Made by a program: the position numbers and the translations under genes. 64,000 nt of DNA from an uncultured virus (IMG/VR IMGVR_UViG_3300009873_000002) (taxonomy: Duplodnaviria; Heunggongvirae; Uroviricota; Caudoviricetes): IMG/VR virus record IMGVR_UViG_3300009873_000002, positions 62,001-126,000 of that record; one strand, 5' to 3'. Below the pieces are notes generated by a model. That model did not search any database, was not told where the DNA came from, and saw only the letters and a program-made list of their open reading frames with translations. Below are positions 1 to 9,900 of the stretch, piece after piece. Each line of letters opens with the position of its first letter. The first letter of the stretch is position 1.

Positions 1-993
1 GGTAGTAGTATCAAGCTTTTCTACCTTGATATTCTTACCTACAAGTTCTCTGAGAAATTGCTTGATTGCATACAGGATATTACGAATTACATTACTGAAA
101 CCGGTAGTAGGTACCTGTTTCATGATCTTATCTGTAGCATCCTTTTCTAAGGCAGATACAATCACCTCTTCTTTGAAGCGATCGGATGTATTATCAAGTT
201 CGGGATATAACTGACGGATCTTATCTATCAATTGTCGGCCTTCTTCTGTTGCTGAAACCTGATCATACAGGTTACTAAACAACTGATGATTCGTTTTGCT
301 GATAGCTTTAACTAAGGGATGAGAAAACTCATGTACCATAGTTTGTGGTGTAACTTTACCTTTTACAAAGTAGACTTGCCCGGCAAAGAAGAATGCCGCT
401 TCACCTGTATAAGGTGTAGTGGTTTTTGCTAATAGGTTATCCGCCATTTCAGGCGTTACGAAGTTGTAATCGACACCAAATCTCTGGGAGAGATTGTCCC
501 CGAGTCTGGTCAAAACTTCTTCCGAATATGCACTGTTATAATCAGCAACGGATTCACTCATGATTATGTTCATGTAATCCGGTGTCATTCGCGGACGAGA
601 ATCATACAAAAAACTTTCATAGCTCTGCAACCCAGGTTGCGGAGCTTCTTTTTTTTCCGGCTTGATGTTGTTCTCAGGCATCAATGTTTTTCCAAATGGT
701 TGAGATGCTACCCAACTCTTGAACTCGCGTTCTTGATATAAAGCAGGATCCACCATTTTGAGAAGATCCAAAGTGGTATCTTCACGACTTACCTCAGCAA
801 ATCCGATATGTTTAAAAAGCAAATATGGACCATTGTCTCCGTGTGTTTCCAGAAACAATTGGAATGCTGCTTCCATAGGTGAAGGATACTCACCATTGTT
901 ACGAGCCCATGCTCTCCAGGCTTCATTCTCTCCCAAAGTGGACTCAAGTAGTTTCCACTCCGGTAATGATTTATTAGGACAAGTTGCTGCCAT
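1..993 (-). CDS. Giant virion/ejected protein, N-terminal part (partial, runs off window edge); contains a zincin-like HExxH motif
   Basis: Not in the ORF track. ATG at 993-991, 1 nt after the RNAP stop. Reads MAATCPNKSLPEWKLLESTLGENEAWRAWARNNGEYP... with in-frame HEFSH at 333-319. Follows the virion RNAP, as in crAss-like giant-protein blocks. Confidence 0.8.
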   Translation of the reverse strand, partial: MAATCPNKSLPEWKLLESTLGENEAWRAWARNNGEYPSPMEAAFQLFLETHGDNGPYLLFKHIGFAEVSREDTTLDLLKMVDPALYQEREFKSWVASQPFGKTLMPENNIKPEKKEAPQPGLQSYESFLYDSRPRMTPDYMNIIMSESVADYNSAYSEEVLTRLGDNLSQRFGVDYNFVTPEMADNLLAKTTTPYTGEAAFFFAGQVYFVKGKVTPQTMVHEFSHPLVKAISKTNHQLFSNLYDQVSATEEGRQLIDKIRQLYPELDNTSDRFKEEVIVSALEKDATDKIMKQVPTTGFSNVIRNILYAIKQFLRELVGKNIKVEKLDTTT

Positions 994-994
994 A

Positions 995-3900
995 TTACTG
1001 CATACATTTAGCTATTAGTTCATCGATCTCGGTCTGAGAGATACCTTGCATTCTGTTCACAATCTCACGCACACTCGGTTCGGTAATTGAGCCTGGGTTT
1101 ATGTACCCAAACTCTTCGTACAATCTCTTAGACAAATATACGTAGATTTCGCGATCCATACCGGTAAGTTGTGTACCATAACCGAAAGGACTGAATGCTA
1201 TGTAAGTACCTTTGCGGTGAGCATCGATTATCGGTTTAAGATCTTCCTCAACCATGGTCTTTACTTTCTCCATCGCAATGTCAGTCTTGATACCCCAAGG
1301 ACCATCAAATGTTTCATTGGATATGCGTATACCTGTAGCATTATCCGCTTTACGGAGATTCATCTCGGTTCCGGTATCTGATAAACCTTTCTTCATACCG
1401 TTCCAACTATCTCTAAACACGAACATCACATTAGGATTAGAATTGGCAACCTTCACTAAGTCGTTACCTTTTTTAGCAGGAGTGAATGTAAATACACCAG
1501 GGCTATTTGTACGACTGAAGTTTGTCAGATTATCACGCTTAACGATGTCAGCTGCTATCTGTGAACTTGCGGCATTTATTGTATAATCACGGTAACGAGA
1601 TCTTAACCTGCGATTGTTATTAGCATTATTGGCTGTGAAATAATCATAGTAAATATCCAACATCCATGCTTTGGGATTAACCATGTACTTATCACCTTGC
1701 TTCTTCATTGCGGTTCCGTTATTCAGCATGTGATATTCAGGTGATGTATCTAACATCTTAACGATGTTATCACCATACTTACTTACCGCAGCTGCACGGT
1801 CCAATGTGGACCATGTTAAGTACTCTTCCTGGAACTTTTTGATAGGCTCCTGCATAATCTGTAAAAATGGTTCAGGAGATACCACATCGGTAAGTGAATA
1901 CTGATTCTTGGATAATCCTGACTGCATATATGCATAAATAGGTAGTCGCTGGAAGAACTCACTGATACGTAGGTTTTCTTTCACATCCGGAACTTTCATC
2001 ACAGATGGATCCTTAAGCTTATTGAAGTTCTCATAGTAAGTATTGAGCTTTGTACCATCAAGGTCCTTATCTCTCAGCATTAGATTGTAGATGTTCAAAT
2101 CACGGTCATGATTAACCTGCAGATTCGCAACCAGAGTATAATCTTTAGCAAGATCTGGGAACTTGTTCACCATACGTAGGAATTGACCAGCTACACTATC
2201 TGTAGGATGCGACAACACAGTATGTAGGTTAAAGATATTCTGCAAAGCTTTACGCTTAAGCATTTCTTCATAGGCACGTCTGTTAACCGCTTTCTCAAAA
2301 TCCTCATCGGATAAGTTCTCAGGACGCTTAGCTCCTAAAAGCTCAGCAAAGTACTTGTAGTCCTCAGTGTATTCAGCTGTGTTTTTGTACTGAGATAAAG
2401 TCGTAATACTACGTAAGTATTCACGCTCTGCTACATAATGGAAGAACTCATTCTTGGTGTTAATAGCACGCCAGTTAAAAGTAACCGGTGAAAGCGGTGC
2501 AAGTTTACGAGCTCTGTAACCATCGGCTTCAGTATAGGTATCGAGATATGCTTTGCTATTCCAGTCTTTCTCAAGCTGAGCTTTATCAATGTACAGAACT
2601 CCATCTTTAACTATAGCTCCGAACTCAAGCTTATCTACCATCTTTACCGGTATCTCACTTGTAGCACCATAACCTTTGTAAGTCTTAAGTCCACCGATGT
2701 TGAAACTCTTGATGTGGTTCTGGAATATTGATAGTATTAGATCGTTGTTGAAGGCCTTAACAAAATCCTCTTCATCACCGAATGTTCGATCGATATCGTC
2801 ACGTGTACCGATGTCTCTTAACTTATAAGTTAAGTAGTCGGTCACTGAATCGTTGGTACGGAACTTCAGGATGTTTTTCCACAGCTTTAACTGGAAGTCT
2901 TGGATAAAGAAGCTTCCGAGTATGGACTCATCTAACATCTTATTCACAAGTTCTGTAGGGATCCGGGTGCTTTCCGAGAGGGATTTCACCTCGGCCACTC
3001 TCTTAAGAGCATTGTAAAGATCCGGTGATTTCTTGGTATCAAAGTTGGTCTTGAACTTCAGGTCAGAGATACCCTTCATCATCTCCTCGATTTCAAGGAA
3101 GTGTAGGAAAGCAGCAACCGCTTCATCAGATGTACGGTCTTTAGTCTTAACTATCTTATCTAATGCAGATTTACTTAGCGGATTATTACCAAATACTTTA
3201 TCAGTAACAGCAACTGTAAACTTGTATAGCGACTTATTACCAAATACATCTGGAGCATCTTCCATTAAAGCATTGGATCCTCTCAAGTTATTAAGCACTG
3301 CTTTCTTGGCCGCATATCTGAACCAGGTACGTTGTATTCTGCCTTCATTGTCTCTCGGTACTTTACCAAGTGGATCAGCGAATGTAGACTTAGCAATACG
3401 CTGTTGATCTACATAGTCTAGAACTAATGGTTGTGATACAAACCATGCAGCATCTCGAATAGGTACCCCAGCTTTTAATAGGAAAAGTAAAACCGGCATC
3501 AATTCAGTATTACCCTGAAGGTTTGCAATCCAGGCATCTTTCTCAATATCCACAAGACCGTTCATGATCTGTGATATCACATCGGATACCTTGTTCTCAT
3601 TGTTCACATCATAGAGGTTGGACAATGATATACCAGTCTGCGGCTTACCTTCAGCATCATTATATTGAAACGTATGATGATCCAACATGATCTTCACACG
3701 TCTTTCCTGTGGTCCCTTCTTATCTTTGAAGGTATAATTATTCATCATGTAAGCACCGATACGGTTGAAGAGAGTGTTGTAAGTATTCTCTACGGCAGCC
3801 ATACCCAATGTCTTCTTACCAATGTTGTTCTGCTCATGTTTGTATAAGTTATAACCGTATTCGAGAACACGACTAGCACTTACACCTTTATCAGCCGGTG

Positions 3901-6900
3901 CATTTGTTTTCGATAAGCGGGCATCATATTTCTGTACATATTGGTCAAGACTGTCAGCTTTACCAACAGCAATAGGTCGAACAATATCAGTGTCATTAGG
4001 ACGAATCAATGATAAGTAGTTATGAGGCATCTCCAAGATTGAACGTATGTCACTGATTAGATCGTTCTCTACAGTGTTTATGAACATACGTTTTTGCTCA
4101 CGGAGTTTTGCGAGTCTTTCAGTTATTGGACGTTTCTCTTGCTCCAGATTATACTCCATGTTATAGAAGTCTTCGGCCGCTTTACCACCTTCACTGTAGA
4201 ACTTATTGATTTCTTGACGCAGACGCTCGATATCGTCCTCCTTAACCTTTTTCAGGTTCTCATAGATAGTATTCAGCTCCGGATCAATGCGAGTCAGAAG
4301 CTTGGACTTCTTATTAAGCATGCGATGGAAATCTTCAGTGTATCCTGAGATTGCAGCATCGGCTAATTCTTTATCCATACGTCTGGTATCCTTCAGCTGT
4401 GTAACAAGCTGCTTGGCATCTTCTATCAACTGACTGCGCATAGCTTTTGCACTATTGAGTGCGTTGAGTAATGCTTTCTTCTGTTCTGACTTTACAGGGC
4501 GTTCTGCTTTACGAGCTTCTTTAATACTACGAATTGTAGCATCCACATCAGCCCAGTTCACTTTAAGCTGCTCTGATAAGTTTGCAATCTCGGATTCAAT
4601 CTGATCCACTGAGTCAAATTCTCTGGTAGCATATTCACCTTCGCTTGTAAGTGTTGGCATGAATACACTAAGTTTATCAATGTCAAAGTCAGCACCCGAT
4701 TTGGCTACGATTTCTGAAGGAGGAACAATGATGTTACCTGCACTTGGTGGAAGGAATTCATACACCTCCATGAACTCCATTGAGTTCAATCCTTGCACTG
4801 GAATACGTACACCGACCATTGTGATCAGCTTACGATTGTTGTCCTTATTCAACCATTCTTCATCACGGATAAGTTTGTTAAGAGCTCGAAACGTGCTGAT
4901 GTTTTCCTGGAAGGCGAGTTCCATCACTTCTCTGCGACTCAACAGCTTCTCAAAGTTTCCTTGTAAGGCAACCTTGACCTTCATGGCTGAGTTACCTTGT
5001 TCAGTTTTGTGATAAGTCGGAAGGTCATTTGTTCCCAGGTACTTCTTACGCTGCTCCTCTGTTGGGTTTGTGAACTTGGCAGTAAAGCCTGTGTTCTCAA
5101 ACATGGAAGTAGCAACTTGCACAAGAGATTCACCGGTAACTTTCTGACGAATCAATCGGTTGTTTACGATAGATGTCAACATCTTCTCAATCTTCTCTGC
5201 ATTGTAATGCATCGAAACATCATAACGAAGTTCACCTGTAGCTTTATCATACTCGATCATGTCGATCTCGTGGTCCGGCAACTCACGACTTTCCATCTCA
5301 GATCGAATGATATCAATTAAATCTTCAAGGTCTCCTGATAGATTACCATCTTTATCTTCAACCCAACCAGCCTCACGAAGAAGTTCTTGCTTCTTGAGCT
5401 CGGTTAATCGGTCAATGTTTCTCTCGTACTGTTGAGCCATCTCAAGGAATTCAGGTCTCAAAGGTTTACCCTGTTCGAATAATCCCTCAATGATAAGCTT
5501 ACGTAACTGTGTTGAAAAGATTACCTTACTCTTGAACTTGTCAGCAATATCCTGCTGATTCTTTAGGTAGTTTAGATGGATCACATTTTTAGTGAATGTG
5601 AAATCCGGAGACATGTTTACTTCACGGTTACCTTGTTCATTCTTAGTGTAGAAGTTATCAGCTTTACCATTCGATGTAACAGCTCCTACTTTTGAACCGG
5701 ATTCGAATAGAGCATAATCGATACCGTCATTAAGCATCTTCTTATGAAGATTATCAAGGTTGGTACCTTTCACCACTGTTGGGATCAATGGGTATAGTGA
5801 GAACTTGTGAAAAGCTACGATAGGTAATCCACCAGCTTTTACAGTATTCTGAAGTGGTCCGTAATGCTGAACTTTGTATGGCGGGAAATAAGTAAGCATA
5901 TCCGAAGTACCAACATCATTACCTCTGAGAATACGTTGATATAACTCTTCTTGTTGAGTGCTCCATTTACCTTCAAGTTTACGCATGATGCGATAACTGT
6001 CAATTGTTACCCACCCTTGACCATCACCTTCTTTCATCTCCATGTAAGGAGCTAAAGCACTTTCTGTTTTAGCATCGATGATCTTCTTCAACTGATCAGA
6101 TGATAAGTTGTTTTTCTTACCGTATGCGTTGTTGTAGATACCCTCAAAGTGTTTACGGAATACTTCTTCATATTCCTTAGCATATACAGAAGCTGTTTGC
6201 ATATCTTGCATAACAGCTGTATTGAAAGTACCATCAAAGGTGCGTACACCTTCTGTTTTTAACTCACCAGAATCGATCAAGGACTTCTCATATCCACGAC
6301 CTACTGATTGATTTATGTAGTTGATAGCAGCCTCGTCTGTTCTGAAAAGTGTACCAGTTGATCCCATACCGGCATTACGCTTATGGAACTCCTCCTTGGC
6401 GTGGTTGTACAACGCAAGATCTCCATACATGTTGATAGCACTTTCCATGTTATGGATCCAGGAATTATAAGTGAAGGCGCGTAATGCTGTTTGCACCATC
6501 TCAGGCTCTGTAAGGTTCTTTACTTGAGCATTCACTTTACGGAATATCTCAGGATGGTAGTATGCATTCTCATTCATGATAGCCTCATTCTCGGCTGTCA
6601 TCTTATCAAAGTAACTCTTTACCTGTTCGCGGATCTGAACATATAAATCGGCATTTTCCGGCTTCTCTATTTCAGTGAGGAAATCTTGCTTAATCTGTGT
6701 ATCCGGATTCCATACCATGTTGTAGAGTTTAGTCTTAACATCATCGGTAAGGATATCATCGAATGCAGTGAGAACTTCACCGGCCATCAGACCGTCTTTT
6801 AATTTACGGTTATAACCTGCTGCATTCTTATATGCAGACTTATTCGAACGAACCTCAACTACACGATCAAGCTCTGCACCAAGGTATTTCTTAATGATCT

Positions 6901-9900
6901 CGAATGCTTGGGAAGATCCCAAGTAATCATTACTATCTGTACTTGAAGGTGCAAAAGATCCTAGCGGTACGTATAGACCATCAGAATATACTCCACTTGT
7001 TCTTATAGCATCTAAAGCTATATCGTAAGCTGTGCTTTTTGATGCGTGACGCATAAGCTCGATTCTTCCATGGAGAATGAGCATGTGGAAATCGCTCAAG
7101 AATTTCGTAGTTCTATCCGAACGACTTGTTGCGATACCAGCATCTGGGAATTGACTATTTACAAGAATTTGTACACCACTCAAGTTCTCAAGCTTGATAC
7201 GAACCGGTTTACCTTGGTGATCACGCTTGTCCCCATTAGGTGTACTGAAATCGAATATTGAGTTCATCCATACTGAGCTCTTGATAAAAGGATTCACAGA
7301 TGGATCCAGGTGTTTCATATAAGGCATGTTGATCAACTCTGTGAAATTCTTAGCACGGTTGATGGCACCAATCATCACAGATAATGTGTTGTTCAAACTA
7401 TGTTCGTACTGACGATTATTCTCAGCATTCATTACACTGAAACTTGAATAGTCATCGGATACTTTAGTATGGAAATTGAGGATCTCACGAACCCTACGAG
7501 AGTTATTATTGATCCCCATACTTTGATGATCACTGTCAAGGAAACCTACAGGATCTGATAACAGATATGGTTTACCTGACTTGCGGTTATGTTGCTGAAG
7601 TTTAAACAAAGACTCTGCTAGGTAATCTATACCAAATACAGAACGCTTCTGCACAATAACATCTCGGATCTCTGGTTTATCATCAAGGTAAAATCCGATA
7701 GCCTTCAGGAAGTCAAACTCCTTACCAATAAGTACTCGTCCTCCTTTAGTAAAGTCAGCAAGAACCTTATCAAGGTTCAGGTAGTTCATACGGTTAGTGT
7801 CCTGTTTGATATACGGGTTTTTCTCAACCGAATCTGTATTGAATAAGTTGCGGAAGTTACTCTTTACTCTATATACTTCAGAAGATGCTTCACCTGCACG
7901 CATATCGTATTTAATCACAGTGGTGTCATCTGAAAGAGTTTCTTCCTTCTTATCAATGATCAACTGTATAAGCGGTATCTGAGGTTTGTTGAAATCTTGC
8001 CAGAAACGGGTCTCCATATCAAACTCCTCCACAGTACGCGGTGTACCATCTACTTCATAGTTGGAGTTATCAGGTGCGCCTAATTTGGCAGTGATCTCTT
8101 TAAACTCAGGATGTATATTTTCAGCTGCAACTAAGCGGCTGTACATTTCTGTAGGAGTGAAGGCGCCTGTGAGTGTACGTACAAGTGAATTCCATACTTT
8201 GTCAAAGTCGACAAGCTCAGGAACACCGAGTTTGTTGTACACTCGTTCGTACTCACCTTTTTCATTCTTACGCATCTTATGTAAGCTGCGGATTAAATAG
8301 ATGGTTTCAGCATTGGCCATGTCTTTCAAGGAGAGCTCGTTCCCGGCTTTATCTCCAATGCGGACACCTTTCATCAAATCATCATCGTTTGTAGAAGCTT
8401 CATCAAGTTCTATGAACTTGCTGGATACACCAAGGTATTTACTCTTCTTATGGTGGTAAGCAACAAGACCGGTCTTCTCTTTACCACTGAGAACTTTGTT
8501 AATGTCTCCGAAATTTTCGATAGCAAAATCAAGAAGTCGAGCATTAGCATAAAGACGGTCTTTGGTATAAGAGTCTGTTTCTGATTCAGCTTTCTCCAGA
8601 GTTTCATTATACATACGCTTCAAACGTTCATGTACTGCAGTGTAAGCTACTGCTAAATTACTTCGGCTGGTAAATAAACTTGTGGTGAATCGATTTGTTT
8701 GCTTTGTCTCATTCTGCTTGTTGATGATATCAGAGAACAATGAATCTATGGTATCTACAAGCAGTCTTGAATCCTCCATACTAAGCCCCTGGTATTCCTC
8801 TTTCATAGGTTCAACACCTTTGTGAAGCACACCGAATTGGACATTGTCAACACTCGCACGATATTCATTGAGAGTACCGAAGTACAGCTTATCATAAAGA
8901 TCCTTGATTTTGGCTACTTGCATAGGTTGTGACACAACATCAGTCAATGTTGTCCCAGCGAATAACGAACGTAAAAAGTCCAAAATCTTCTGGAAGATGT
9001 TACGTCTCTTAGGTTTATTCTTGGCTTCACTCTTACCAGCATTGATAGCATACTTACGGAAATCTTCAGCAAGATATTCCTCAAGCTCAAGATCGGTAGC
9101 TGTAGCAAATTCTACAGTCTTACCTTCATAGGTTTTAAATGTACCGGTAGCTTTGCGGGCTTCATCGTACATCTCCTTTTTCTGAGATGCTGTCAGATAA
9201 AGCTGAGTGAATCCATGCCATGCTTCATGGTACAAATCTGTATAATTGGATCCGGAAAACAATGTAATACCATTAACAGTCCACTGAGCGAAAGCATCCG
9301 AGTTCACAATATTGAACATTGTGATGAATGGAATATGCTTTGCGAGTGGACTACTTTCGAACCACTGTTTTGCCCGGGTGATATCTTCTTTGGTAGCAGT
9401 GTTATCAATTGACTTGATCTTCTTTAATCCATCCAGGATCTCATCAGGAGTCTTACCTTCATCCTTACGTTTTAGCGGAGGATGCTTATCTAACTCCTTT
9501 TCCTGTTTCTCCTCAAGGGTTTCTTCAGCTCTGGTTTCTTCAGATTCTACAGGAGTTTTGATGATCTCAGGAGATGTAGTAAGTTCAGACGCTTGGTAAT
9601 TACTGATCTCACCACGAACTTTCATAAGCTCTTGCTCAGGTATGTCAAATGTCAAGTACGCATTGAGTTCTACAACATCACCTTTAGCATTAACCTCAGC
9701 AAAGATCTTTGCGTGATCTTTGATAAACTGACGATAGTCAGCATCAATACGCGTGGCTTTATCACCCTTGATATCGTAATCTACATAATATCCGAAATCA
9801 AGAAGTTTGTTGTCAAAGTTCATACGTGCAGGACCTCTGCGATCTTTGTATTTCTGAAGGGTCATCAACTCCTTAGCAAGAGCTTCAGATGCTGCAGCTG

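Noticed and set aside
649..656. T8 run as a possible programmed frameshift or phase-variation site
   Set aside because: The reading frame continues through it (EKKE) to the in-frame HEFSH motif. No shift is needed.
789..1007. 72-aa minus-strand ORF (MYAVIWQQ...)
   Set aside because: Out of frame with the real gene starting at 993, which stays open to the window edge and contains HExxH.
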